Shown here: piece by piece, positions 48,639-62,138 of the stretch
Layout of the letters: each line of letters starts with the position of its first letter
Position numbering within the stretch: position 1 is the first letter of the stretch
Source: Psilocybe cubensis
Lineage: Eukaryota
Direction of reading: 5' to 3'
Length of the DNA stretch: 64,000 bases
Assembly (NCBI GenBank): GCA_017499595.2
Contig: CM039004.1
Coordinates: forward strand, 2,108,001-2,172,000
The notes under the pieces: generated by a model
The model's database searches: none
Told to the model about the DNA's origin: nothing
What the model saw: the letters and a program-made list of their open reading frames with translations, nothing else
Translations under genes and position numbers: made by a program

Positions 48639-48752
48639 GATGGGGAATGGCAGATGCAGTTGGCGGTTGCTCAGTGGATGTGGCACGTGACAGAAACAGT
48701 GCAGTCGGTTGGCTTGACTTGTTTTCTTTCTTTTCATCAACACCATCTCTTG

Positions 48753-51700
48753 ATGACGACGGCGACTCCGAGCAGAGACCGCCATCCATTCCCCCAGTCT
48801 GCCCATCCCTCTCCAGGCCCCTCTCAGCGCAACCCCAGCGCTCCCTCTCCATCGCCCTCCGTCGCTCAGTCTTCTCCTCAGCCAATCACCTCAGATGCCC
48901 TCCTCAAGCAGTTTGCCGCCAGTCCAGATCCAAAGACCGCCGCCCTCGACCAGGCTGTAGCAGACCGCAATGTTCTCTCCGCCCAGAATGCCCAGCTCTG
49001 GAAGCTCATCGAGAAGCAGCGCACTGGCTACAACCAGATCCTCAAGGAGCTCGAGCGCATCAGGGCTGAGCGCGACACCTACAAGGTCAGGCTAATCTCT
49101 CTTACAGGAACTGCTTCTTCCTCCAGCGACAAGCGTACAAAGTCTACCTCTGAAAGGGATCGTCCACGCCCCAGTCTCGACGCTGCACCCACACAGGCTC
49201 AGAGTGCCTCCAAGGGTGCAGCCCCACGACACAACTCGGAAGATTCTGGTCCGTAGCTTACTCCTCTCTCAAGAAAAAGCTCATAGTTTTATCCCAGCAA
49301 ACCGAGCGATTGCCCATCCGCATGCTCTGCAGCCCTCACGTTCCTTCGATCCCACCCGCCAAAATACCACCGACATCGAGACACATCCTATCCTTACATC
49401 TACACGCACAAGCAGTCCCCAGCCAGGCCCTCCACCCTCTTCTGCACCTTCTCTTACCACCCGCCAGCATTCAAGGCCCAACCCATCGCCCCTAGTCGTC
49501 CCTACACGTGCAGACACCCTCCCCGCGTCCTACACCGTCTCAGACTCGCCAGACTCTTCTACCTCTCAGCGTCTGCCCAATCCGTACGATAGCGCTACAG
49601 CAGCAACTCCCACCGCCAATGGCAGCAGCTCCTACCCCCAGATACGCCCCCTCGTTCCGCCCCGCAAGTCCAGCATCGCAGACAGCATCAGCAGCGTCGT
49701 CACCTCGGGCAGCAGTGCCCCCTCCGTAGCAGCTTCCATTGCCGCATCGTCTCCGTCTACATCTATCCTATCCAATCTCAACAATTCGTATACATCAGCA
49801 GCCGAGCGTGATCCTACTACACCTTCACAGCAGCAATATTCTTCTAACAGCACTTCCGTATCAGTCTCCGCCCCAGCCAACGGCGAGAGTGCCTTTTCGC
49901 GCCAGCGTCAGCAGCCCGGGAACCCGACTCCCCAGCCACCAGCCGCCCAGGCTGCCACCAACATGCTTTCTCCTGAACCGCGCCCGCACTTCCTCTCGCG
50001 AGACTCGCGCATCTCGCTACCCGATGAGGCGCGCCAGTACATTGCCAGCATGTCCGATTCGCCCGCCGCGAGCCCCCGCGCGGAGGCTTTTTCACCACGC
50101 TCCAAGTTGTCCAATTCGGTATTTCCCCCGAGCAACAGCCAGAATCCGGGTGAGAGTGAATTTTTGGATATGGATGAGGAAGATGACGATGATGATGACG
50201 GCAACGAAGATGATGAAGATAGGAGATTGGGCGAAGAGGACGAGGATGATGACGGACAGGGCGATATTACAGCTGGCGCTCACGATCCTAGTAAGTCTTA
50301 CTCCAAATTTCAAAAAAAATGGCGTTGCGTATCGTCACGCTGTCGCTTGTCTAGGCGACACCGACAATATTACGCTTACGCTTATCATTACCCGTAAAAT
50401 CCAAATACTCAATCACACAAAACTAACACAATTACATCTAGCATTCAATGGTCTTAGGGCGGCAGCACCCCCAACAACAATTAACAAGTCCAACAATACC
50501 GATCTCTCCCAAGCCGGATATCAATACCCTCCCACAAACTACAATAACAACCACAATAACACACATACCAACAACAATTATCCTCCCTCCCAAACCTCCT
50601 ACACGACCAGCGAGCTGCAGCAACAACACCAGCAACGGCTCAAGGACCAGCAGCAGCAGCAGTTGCAACAACAGCAGAGGGACAAGCAATCACGTGCCGG
50701 GCCCGGGGGAGAGGAGTTCCAATTCCCGCTCCCACCGGCGGCGGCACCGCCGACGGCCAACAATCCCATCTATCTCCAGCGCCAGCAGGCGCTCGCTGCA
50801 CAGCAGGAACTACAAGCACAAGCACAAGCACACGCCCAGTCCCTGGGCTACACTCAACAGCAAATGGCAGCAACTATGCAGCAGCAAGCACCGTCGGCCA
50901 CGCCGATGTCCGCCAAACACGCACAAGCACCGGCTGAGCAGGTGCATCATCCTGGATCCATGTCTGGAAACTATGACAGTCAAATCCAGAGTGCACAGAT
51001 GCAGACGCAGGATGCAGCCTATCTAGGCGGGCAAGGGCAGGGGTACCCCACGAATCGCTCAGAGTCGAGTTTCCAATCGCAGGGGTCCCAATCTCAATCA
51101 CAAACTCAATCACAGCAACCACAGCCTGACCGTGAACGAGAGCCGATCCAAGCCGTACCCACCACTTCGTTCCGCGCTCTCCCATTGCTCTCCTCCGACC
51201 TGCCACATACCACCATCACCGTCTCTCACTCCTTTGTGCGCCCGAACGACCGCGGCAAAGAGGTGCTCTCCTTTATCGTCTTTGTCAACCCGGGTAACGG
51301 GAAGGAGGGGTGGAAAGTCGAGAAGATGTACTCAGACGTGCTCAGTCTCGACTCGCGGGTACGGAACAGTGTCGGAAAAGGTGTAGGCAAGAAGATTGCG
51401 ACTTTGCCGGAGGGAAAGCTGTGGAAGGATCATGCGCCTGCAAAGGTCGATCAGCGCAAGGTACGTCTCCGCTTTTTTTGTTATCGTAGGCAACATTAAC
51501 ATTCATGTGGTGATCATTTTACTATGAATTTTTACAGGCCGTGCTCGAAAACTACTTGCAGACGCTTATCCAGCTCCCGGTGAAGAACAACGACGAGGTC
51601 ATCGCGTTCTTCACGTCCGACATCGTGCGTGAGCAGAAGCAGCCCGTCATGCAGGCCGGGCACAAGGAGGGGTATCTTACCAAGCGCGGCAAGAATTTCG

Positions 51701-54477
51701 GTGGCTGGAAGACGCGCTATTTCGTCCTCCAAGGCCCCGTACTTGAATATTATGACTGCGTAAGCTTCCATCTTCATCTCCTCCCAACAGATGTTAACCT
51801 TTGCATGACCTCGACAGCGCGGCGGCGCACACCTTGGCTCGATCAATATCGCAGGCGCCCAAATCGCTCGACAGCACCGCACCGAAAAGCCGCCCTCGAC
51901 CGACGATGAAAAAGAGTACCGCCATGCGTTCCTCATCGTCGAGATGAAAAAGGGGCCGGGCGGGAATCACCCGCGGCACGTGCTCTGCGCGGAGAGCGAC
52001 GAGGATCGCGACAGTTGGGTTGAGATGCTCGTGCGATACTACACGGGCGTGTACAGCGACGATCTCGTGTTCAACCCAACCAGCGGGCTCACGTCTGTAC
52101 AGTCCAACTCGGTCGCGGCGTCGCAGAGCAGCATGGGCGTTGGGATGAGCCAGCCGCGATCGAGCTCGAGCAGCTCAAGCGATTTGTCGACGACTGCGGT
52201 GCAGCAACAGCAGCAGCGGAGCAATACCGGGGGAAAAGCGATTCCCATCTCTGTTCTGCCCCCTGGCTCGGTCCCGAATCCGGACGACTACATGATGCGC
52301 TCGTCGAGCCCCTCTCGCTCCGTTGACCCTTCGCCCATAGACGGACAAGGTCCCTCCTTCGCCGGAAATGGTGCAAGAGTGCTCGAACGTAGTAATCTTG
52401 GGCTACCATCCAGTCTCCCAGATTCATCTCCGCTGTCCTCTGCCGTGCAAGGCGGTCCCTCGTCCGGGACGTCATTCCCTGATGGCTCATCACAAGCGCA
52501 GATGCAACAGGCGCAGGTTCAACCACAGCGCGCGAATTCAGAGCTGGGGCACTACCCGGATCTGCAGGACGCGCGGCACGGTCAGAAGGGCAACCAGCGG
52601 CAGCACTCGCCTGAGCAGCACCGCGCCCGCACGAACGACGATATGGGCGTCGGCGTTGGCCGCAAGAACTTTTATCCATCTTTGACAACCGTCGCACCTT
52701 CGCCGACAGCAGCCACGCATGGGGCGTCGGGTCCGCCGCCCGATCGCGTTCCGTCTCCTGAGAAGCAGCAGCAGCAACAACAGCAACAACAGCAGACCCA
52801 GGAGCGTGACGCGAATGCTTCAAAAGTCAAGATCTCAGGGCCCATGAACGGCGCACCCATCCCGTCCGGGTTCAAGTTTGGCGGAAAAGAACCATCATCA
52901 GCCGATCCTGCCACCGCCGCATCTGCGAACGACAGACGCGAAAAGACCAAATCTCGGTTCTGGGGCTTCGGGAAAGTTAACGGTATGTGCCATGATTCAT
53001 TCTATCCCCCACTTTCCCAAATCACCAGATCCGTTTATCACCTGCAAGAGGTTACAGCACAAGAGGGACTGACACTTCATTACTGGAATCTTAGGTGACA
53101 AGTCAAATCTCCATACAGCCTATCCACCGAGAGCCGTGTTCGGGGTGCCTCTCGAAGAGGCCCTGGACGTCGCCCAGATGTGCAACCTGCCTGCAATTGT
53201 CTTCCGCTCAATACAATATCTGGAAGCCAAGAAGGCAGATCAGGAGGAGGGCATATACAGGCTAAGTGGCAGTTCCGCAGAGATCAAAAACCTGAAGGAC
53301 AGGTTCAACAACGGTAAGCTTCACTCCGGCTCCGCAACCCATGCCCTAGGAATGGAATTGTCATATCGTTTTCTTACTGAATCACCGTCTTTGTTCTTTT
53401 TGCAGAGGGTGATGTTGACCTCCTTGCGTCAGATCAGTACTGGGATCCACACGCGATCGCCGGGCTTCTCAAGAGCTTCCTGCGCGAGCTGCCGTCCAGC
53501 ATCCTCACACGAGACCTCCACCTAAAGTTCCTCGCCGTAATCGGTTAGTTTGTTTTTCTCCCCCCTATCACACACGTCCATCACCGACGATGCACTCTTT
53601 TCGCTAACGCGCTCTTACCCCACATCACCAGATTTCGTGGACCCCCAAGAAAGGATCAAAGAGCTCTCTCAGCTAATAGCCGCGCTACCTCTCGCCAATT
53701 ACAGTTTGCTCCGCGCACTAACAGCCCATCTCATCCTGATCGTACAGAACTCGAACGTCAACAAAATGACGATGCGCAACGTGGGTATCGTGTTTAGTCC
53801 GACGTTGGGTATTCCTGCGGGCGTATTCAGTTTGATGCTCGGCGAGTTCAACCGGGTGTTCAACGTGGACGCGGACAACGATGATCTCGGGGAGAAGGAA
53901 GGCGAAGCGCTGGATAATCCGGCGGAGCCTTTGAGACGCAACAGTCGCCAATACACAGATGCTGCTGCTGATCAAGTCCTCGGACTCGCAGGGCGCAGTC
54001 TCACCGGTACGTCTTCCTGTGGTTCTTTTGCTTTTGCAAAGCTCTTTGCAGGACGTGGTTACTCAATCGTATTGTCTTTTCTACTTTTTGCGTGTTCTAG
54101 CCGCAGACGAGGCGCAGTCTGATGGCGACGACTTTTCCATCCAAGACGAAAGCGGTACTGAAACCACCGAGGGGGACAACATCGTGGAGTCTTCGTCGTC
54201 GTCTAGCCCTGTCTCGAACGCAGAGAGGGATCACGGCATCCGGATAAGTGAACCTGACACTCCGACAGCTAAAACATCGAAAGCCTCGAGTACGGCGGCA
54301 AGCAGAGGGCTGAATGTTGCAGTCACGCACTCTGACCGTGGCCACCGACATTCCCGAATGATGGGTCTGCCGTTGTCGCCGCGGCCAGGTGCGACTGCCC
54401 ACACATCGCCCTCCCGACAAGAACAACCCGTGAACTCATCACCGACGCCTGGCTGGCCTAACGAGCAAATGAGATGA
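48753..54477 (+). CDS. BEM3: Rho GTPase-activating protein with PX, PH and RhoGAP domains (Bem3-like)
   Basis: WKVEKMYSD...APAKVDQRK (PX), KEGYLTKRGKNFGGWKTRYFVL (PH), FGVPLE...EEGIYRLSGS...NKMTMRNVGIVFSPTL (RhoGAP). Confidence 0.9.
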
Positions 54478-55110
54478 TGAATAAAAAAAAACAGCAATCC
54501 ATTTGATGTTGATGATGATTGACGACGTTGGACGAGGACGAAAAGACGAAGATGGAGACGATTCTGTAGTACCCCCACACACACCATATCATTTCTTTCT
54601 TTTTTGTATCGAGACCCATTTTGTTGCACACGTATCCCACACGCACAACCTTTTTTATCTCTCTTTTTTGGAACACACCAGCACCAACCAGCCAACAAGC
54701 ACCAACGCTGCGCGCATGCGCGGCCTCACACGTACAACACAATACACCCTCACATCCCTTGACCTGTCTCGGTTTTTTTCGTTCTTCTTTCATTTATTCT
54801 CTTTTATTTTTTTTCTCCACGTTTCGACATTCTCTTATATACCACATCTTGATACCATGAGTTTCGTTCTGTGAGAACTTTTGTCGTTGCCTATTTGGTA
54901 CTATGCATGTAAAAAATTACAACTTTTTTGCATCTGCTGTTTTTGAGGTTCAAGTCTATGTGTTTGGCCAACAGGGGAAAATGATGCGAAATAGAATTTA
55001 ATGATGGAGCGCTCAATTCCGATCATGATGACCAGTCAGACAGGCGCTCACGCCGGCAGACGCGTCTCTCTTCACGACCTCCACAACTCGGTTCAACTAC
55101 TACTACAACT

Positions 55111-56066
55111 ATGGGCTTCAAGGAAGCGGCTATACTAACTCCCGTCTCGTTCTTTCTCGGTGAGCAGCTCCACGGACTCCCGTCTCACATTCCAAGGCAA
55201 AAAAAAACTTTGCTGACACGCAACCCCGGGTTTTTTCTTCTTACCAATAAAAGGCGTGCTTTTCATCTGCTTTAACATAGATCACCGATTGTTGTGGGGA
55301 GAAATAACCGAGGAGGTCGTTGAGGATGGATTGCAGTTCTACGCTACGTTCTTTAATGCCCCGCCAGCTATCAAGGTGCGTGCTTTCTGCGGCTCTCGCC
55401 AAGGTGTGCTGGCACTGACGAGGCAATTTAAATTCAAATTTACGCGGGGAACAGGCGCTGCTACACGGTATGGTAGGCATAGGCCTCATCGGTTTTCTCG
55501 CGAAGCTGCACAAGTGGACAGAGAGCGCGGTATTCTTCGACGGCAGTAGTTTAGGTGCGTTATTCTTGGACATTTGCATATGTTCCTTCTTATTACACCC
55601 TCTTTGGCACCCTCTTTTTCTCACTGAGCAACACATTCCGCTATTTTTCCTTTAGCGGCATACGTGTTCGCCATCGTTGTATACCTAACCGTCAACATAA
55701 ACTCGCTGCGGACGATCGTGGACCCTGTACAAAATGTCGAATCGCGGGAAGACCAGGTTATGGCCATGCGGGTGCTGGCTGCCGGGAACGTCATCATAAT
55801 TGCGAGCCTGGGCTTAATTCTTCTTCTTCAGGTATGTGAATTTCAGCGTAACAATCTCTATCTGTTATATTTTTTCGCTCAACCCGCTTACCCTGCACAA
55901 CTTCTCTCCCCTCTCCCATCAACCGCCCTTGAACTTCTTTCTACTTCTCCCTGGACAGGCTGGGCAAGAGTGGGCACAACGGACGGAGGCACAGGCTATC
56001 GCCGATTATGAGGCCGAACAGCGCAAAAAGGCAATGGCGACAACGGCAGAGAAAAAGGAACAATGA
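55111..56066 (+). CDS. SHR3: ER membrane chaperone for amino-acid permeases, Shr3 family
   Basis: SFFLGVLFICFNIDHRLLW, LHKWTESAVFFDGSSL, RVLAAGNVIII, LQAGQEWA. Confidence 0.88.
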
Positions 56067-59000
56067 TCCTTTTTCTCTTATGACGCTTTCCTTCTATTAA
56101 TCCCCTTTCATTCTCGGGCAAAATAATCTTTTGTGATGCCAATACCACAATGTGTCCAGCACTCGCTTAGGAAGGGGAGGGAAGAAGGGAAAATAGAGAC
56201 ATGAAGAGATATAACAAGGATATACAATGGGAAGAAGTCACCAAGTGCATGTTTCCACCCCAATCTTCGAAAATTTACCCTAAAGCAAAGAACCTGACAT
56301 CACTTCTGTCGGTCATGTTGCGGGCTACGTATGCTCTATATACCTCTTTATTTGCATCGCTTACGATTCGGGTTGAGTCAGCGCGACGGGCAACAAGAGG
56401 TTTGACAGGATATGAATATGGGTGAAATACATTGCAGTCCCGACGCGGGGTCCTGAGTGAGCAACCTGAGGAGTCAAGGACCCACGGAAAACGATCTATA
56501 TATTCATACATACATACTCGCATTGACTTGCTGAAATGGGGGCGCGGCACGCTTTGGCACCTACTGATGGTAGACCACCCCCAAAGTCCAAGAGTGAAGA
56601 ATAGCTGCTGTCACATGGGGATCTTGGTGCCGCGGAACCATATGTTTTTCTTCTGCAATTGCTACCTTTGGTCATAAATCTTTCCGTGGAAGAGCTTCTG
56701 ATGTAGTTTTCGAAGACCCCTCGCCAGAGTCCGCGGTATCTTTGCCGTCCCAGGACCTCCTGAAAAAGCCCAAGGTTATATCGAGGCGGGTCTGACATCT
56801 CCCCAAGTCTCATGGGACCTAAGAAATTGAATGGGCAACGAAAAGCGAAGCGAGGAGAAGGCGGACAATGCGTGCGTAGGAGATCAGGCTCCAAGGGGTC
56901 GGGGAATGGGTTCTTCTCCCGCGAAACTGGTATTCATTTTGTGGTACAAGCTGCCCAGTCGATAGTCAAATAGACGGCGGCCTATTCAGGCCAACTTGGC
57001 ATGGGATTGGAGAGAGCAGATGATCACCGTTGCGACTGTGACTGAACCTGACCGACTTTGATTCACTGAATATGGCAAGCAAATTGGCACCCCGCCTATG
57101 TATGCTGCGTCCATCATCGCCGTCCATCTCTCTGCAGCTTCCTGACATTTTTCATTTGAATCACACTGTGATGCAAGATCTAGGAGTCATAGTTTCCGAC
57201 ACAATAAAATGAAAATCATGATTGGCACTTTACTCGCAGGCCTCGAACACTGCACTGTGCGCCGTAACTGTGCAGTGCAGGGGAACGGCGGCAAAACGAT
57301 TATGTTCCCAGCGTTTAACCCTAGGCTCGGTCTGGAACGCTGAAAAAAGTGCACCATTGTCCTGTCGTCCGCACGACACGACGCTACCGAGTCGAAATCG
57401 GGCGACCATTTCGAATAACGTATCGTACGTACTCGCGTACGTTATAAGCACACAATGGCGAAACATTGATGCGCGCCGCACCGACTCATCGACAGTAATC
57501 TCATCGACGTACGTAGTCTATTCGAGTCACTCCTCCTTCGCCATCAAAAAAAGAGACTGGACAGAACAATGAGAGTCTTTTTTTTCTGATGGCGCTCCCA
57601 CGCAAATGACCGTTTCTTTGCCTTTTCGAAAAATTTTCCAAAAGTTTCCCATCATCATCATCGACATCTCGATTCTCAACTCCGCGAGTCATTCCTTCTA
57701 CGTTACCCACCCCCTGCCACTGGTTGTTGTTGCTGTATCTGGATATGTATGCAGAAGCCGAAAGAAGCACCCATAACTCAAACGAGAGAACAATGCGCAA
57801 ATTTTATCACCCACGATCCCATTATACCCTTGGTTTTGGGCGGATGAGATCGTCCTTCCCTCCCCGCAGCAAGGGAGAGGTCGTCCTATGCTCATGCTCA
57901 ATTAAGCGGTCGATCAATCTAACTTTGACTATCCTCTGCCAAAATAAACCTGCAGCTACTTTTCCGGGGGCCCCTTGCAACTGCGCCTGATTTTGTATTC
58001 TGTGATAGAGCCTGCGTCTGTGCGCCCTCGGCGTGTGTATCTATCTAGTCTGAATGCCCGCTCAAAAAAAGGATGGTGCTTTTGTCTTTTCTTGTCTGGT
58101 CTGGGATCGCCGTCTGCTTTCTGGGATTAGCGTCGAGTTTGCTACCGTTATCTTGCGCTACACTAACGACCCACTACTACGCGCTGCCAGCCAGAATGTT
58201 TCCTTCTGCTGTTGCTGTTACTGCTGCTGCTGCTGCTGCCACCCTAAACCTTAAACCTAAAAACAGCAACCCCCCACGGTACGTATGCAGCTGGACGACG
58301 AGCCCACACTGTCTAGTCACAAGTGCAAGTACCTATCTATCTATGTATGTATCAATATTCTGCGTGGGTGTGCGCGAATTCGGCCGTGAAAATACCTGAA
58401 TACGAAAAACTGAATCGTGATCCAGGCCGTCCATCAGTAGTTGCAGTTCCTTCCAAGGGAGCGTTCCTAAGATCGTACAGGCTTAGGCTATCTGCGCCAG
58501 CCTGTGTTCGAAGGGTGCCACCGCCGCCAACTTCCGACGCAGACAACAACAACAAGGGCTCTCACTCTCACCCACCCTCGTTCATCCTAATACTAATAGT
58601 AGTTCTGTGCACGCTCACGTTCATCAAAATAAACCAAACGGGACGTGAACGTGAACGTGAAAGGGTGGCATGGAAGCCCATCATCACATCGACGGGCCTC
58701 TGCGCTCTGCCTGCCCTCGCTTCTTCAAGCTTCCACTTCTTCTTCCTCTGCTGCCAGTTTGGCTGTTTGATGGGAGGGGAGGGGCGGATGGGCATGGCTG
58801 ATGGTCGCGCAGCAGCTGCAGTAGCAGTTGGGCTGGCAAAGGCCCGCATCATCCCATCGTTGGCAGACACAGACACAAGACACCAGACGTGTCCGTACCC
58901 GTGTCTTCCTCCCCCCCTTCCCGGCCCCTGGTCCTGGTCTCCTGGTCTTCTAGTCTCTCGTCCCTTCGATGTCGTCCGATAGACTTCTTGCTTTTCTCAT

Positions 59001-61113
59001 TCCTGTGATATGATGCCGCGGCGGCTGTCACTCGAAATGCCAGCGCACGAGAGAAAGAACTAGTGCGCATCATATCAAAAATCATAGAACCTATCTGGTA
59101 GTCAGTACACTAAGCCTAGCACTCGCAATACGCCGCCGGGGTAGTTTTCGCCTGTAGCGCGCGTTGTAACGCGTGCACCACGCGTGCGTGGTCTGGTAAC
59201 GCGCCCATACTCCCAACTCCGGCGTGTGTAGTACATCCCAGGAAAATTCCCAAATCCACACCGACCGCCGACCGTCAGAAATTAGAAGCCTGCAAACGGC
59301 GCGACGAGCGAAACGCGTCCCACCCCACTATAGTCTCCCGCACCTCGGCCATGCCGCCACGCTGGCCGGGACTCGCACAAGCGGGTCTAGGTCAGTCCCC
59401 CTTCACTCCCACCTTCTTTCGTCATATGCACAACAGGCTATTACAGCTTCTTTCGCTTTCGCCGTACTTATATATGCACCTTGAATGTAAGGAAGTAATA
59501 AAGCGCATGGTAACGGCGGGTTCTTTTTGTTTTTGGGTGTATCATCGATGATGATGCTACGTAGTTTGCGTCTCGCTGGGAGCTACATACGTATGACTAC
59601 TGGAATATGGTGATTCCTGAACCCAGGTAAAGGAACCGGTATGGTATCTGCCTGTTTCTGTGTCTGTGTCCGTGTCTGTGTCTGTTTCTGAATCCGAAGT
59701 TTAATGTCAACCTTGTATTCTCGAAAACTCAACAATGGACACATTGGACAGTGAGCATTTTTGGCGTTGCGCTGTGGGTTCTTGGTATCCGTTGAATGAT
59801 GGTACATGTGTCCGGATTTTTTTTTTCAAGTTTTATTTTAGACTCTCTTCACTTTGCTACAGACCTGGATTTTCCCTCCGCCGACTATAACACTTTAGAA
59901 AAAGGGCTAGTTGTATATTTAAAGCTCACAGCTACCTCGAGCAGTGGGACTAAGTCGCACTTGTAACGAGCAGGACATTAAAACTCGGTACCTTGAACCT
60001 CTACTCTCCCATGTTTCGCCAAATTCAAAAGAGTTTCCCAAAGGTCGTCTTCCATGCACTACCGCGATACACTTAGACTGTGGCATGACAGGCATCCTGC
60101 GTTGCTGGCCAGCAAGAAAGAAAACGGGTTTTCCACGCTCATCTTACTATTTTTCTCTCCCTCTCGTCTGTCGACGTCTGTATCGTGTGCTGCTGCGAGC
60201 GGCGTCGACCAGAAGCCTAAATTAAAAATAAAAAAAAACGACTTTGAAGCTAGTATTATAAACCGTGAACTGATGGACGAGTCTGATGTAGAAAATGTTT
60301 ATGATATGCGAGGAAGAACATGGATCCCATATGACACCGAGGAATGGATGAATCAGCGTTAGGTATAGATATTCGGGCTACTTTAGTTAATAGAACATTA
60401 AAAGTAGTGTGGTGTCAACTGACGGGACATACGCATCACTCAAGCAGACTCGGACATTCCACTCGTTTCGCCGTGGACATTGGTCATTTTTGGACGTTTA
60501 TGGGATTTTTCCTTTTTTTCTGTTTTTCGCAGCCTGCGAGTGTAGGACGAGGAGATTTCTAAAAGAGTTCTAAAATTTGACCGCTGGCAAACGAGTGGGA
60601 AAAGGGTTCCGGCGGAAATGGAATAAGGTTGTAAAGTTGATGAGCTGGGCAGCTAGCAAGTAGAGGGAAGATGATGTCAAGGCGCAGCGAAGAAGAAGTG
60701 GGGTGCAGACTGCTCGCGAGCGCCGAGGTGTTGTTCCCCACTAACGTCTATCAAGGATCAGACACTGGAAAAGTTATTCGGGAGCGCATCGAGGAGGATG
60801 GATTGAAATAATACTACATGGAAAATAAAAATACGAGAAAGAGGGGAGCGCGCCTCCAGGGCGGGGGAAACCCAGATTGTGCAGCGCGCCTCGAGACCGA
60901 GATGTGCGGTGTGTCTGGTTGGGGGAAGGCCAGTTCTGGTGTTGCTTGGCGGTCACGGCGAGAGTGACAAGGGTTGTGCGTGTTTGGTTCCTGTTTGGCC
61001 TGGTTTAAGGGATCGTAGATCTGAGATGGGATCTCGATCTCGATTGGCTGATTTGCTGGGATTTTATAAGAGCAGGCTCAGGACGCATACCGCCCAACAC
61101 GACCTGTACCACC

Positions 61114-62138
61114 ATGGACATCGACTGCGACTGGTGTTTGACTTGCGAAAAGCACATCGTATGTTCTCTTTTATTTGTCAAAAAACATATATCTCACTAT
61201 TCAAACAGGAGTCCAACTCGCCCTACTGTTCTATCGAGTGTCAGGAGCGCGCTATGCCTCCCGCTCATCAATCTTACTGGCGCCTCCCCGCCCCCGCCCC
61301 CGCCCCCGCCCCAAACGACGACCTCGATCTCGATGTCATCTACCACACCATCGAAGAGCCCTCAGACTCCAGGTGGACTGGCAACGATTATGCCGGCATC
61401 GAGGCCTGGGCAGCTCAGATCCCATACGGCGCGCCTGCAGGCGACGATTCTCCCTCATCGTACAGCTCGAGCTCGGCTTTTCACCAGCAGCCGCAAGGCA
61501 CCCCTCACCGAGCATCACCGCCCGCTCTTCTCACCTCCAGCTGTCGACCACGTACTCTCCCGCCCTCACTCTCAATGGCAACTCCGCCCCATGTTCGTCC
61601 ACCGCCCTCCCATCCCATGCAAACCCCAAGGCGCCAGTCCTCCTCGTCCTCCACAGATCCAACAGCAGCCAACGCAAGCATCGGTCAGACCTCCATCCAC
61701 TCACCAGCAACAGGATCCTCCCTCGTCAGCACGCCCTATTCCTCCCAACCCGTGCCCATTCTGCGAAACCAGTCTTTGCTCGATGGCATGTATTCGCACG
61801 TCCGCTCCTGGGTATCACCCGCACCCATACACCAGTTCCAGCCACAGACCCAGAAATCCCAACGAACCCACCCCTCACAGCTCATCTCACACGCACCCTC
61901 ACAGCACGCCGCTGTCCCCGTCTTTCCAGTCCGGGTCGTCTCATCCCCGCAGTCTTCCTGCGGCCTTTCAGAAAAATCAGCCATCTGCTGGGTGCCCACC
62001 CCCGCCGTTGTGAAACAGCCACAGCTAGACAGCAAACCGATCAAGGTCCAGCGAGGGCGCAAGCTCCTTGGTGCTGAGCTCGCAGAGCATCCCTCGTTCA
62101 GAACACGAGGGCGCAAAGCCTCCCGTGCCGCCGCATGA
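61114..62138 (+). CDS. ECL1: Ecl1-family zinc-binding protein with long S/P-rich tail
   Basis: WCLTCEKHI|ESNSPYCSIEC after removing intron 61159-61208; TATA-like tttataag ~61043. Confidence 0.7.

Noticed and set aside
50600-52800. CAG/CAA repeats
   Set aside because: Ordinary polyglutamine tracts within the BEM3-like coding sequence.
56200-59100. Several 100-220 aa ORFs (56496-56894, 58323-58982 and others)
   Set aside because: No recognisable domain, low-complexity content and no convincing exon chain.
61114-62077. Three long overlapping + strand ORFs at the Ecl1 locus
   Set aside because: C-rich, stop-poor sequence; one spliced frame explains the conserved Cys motif.
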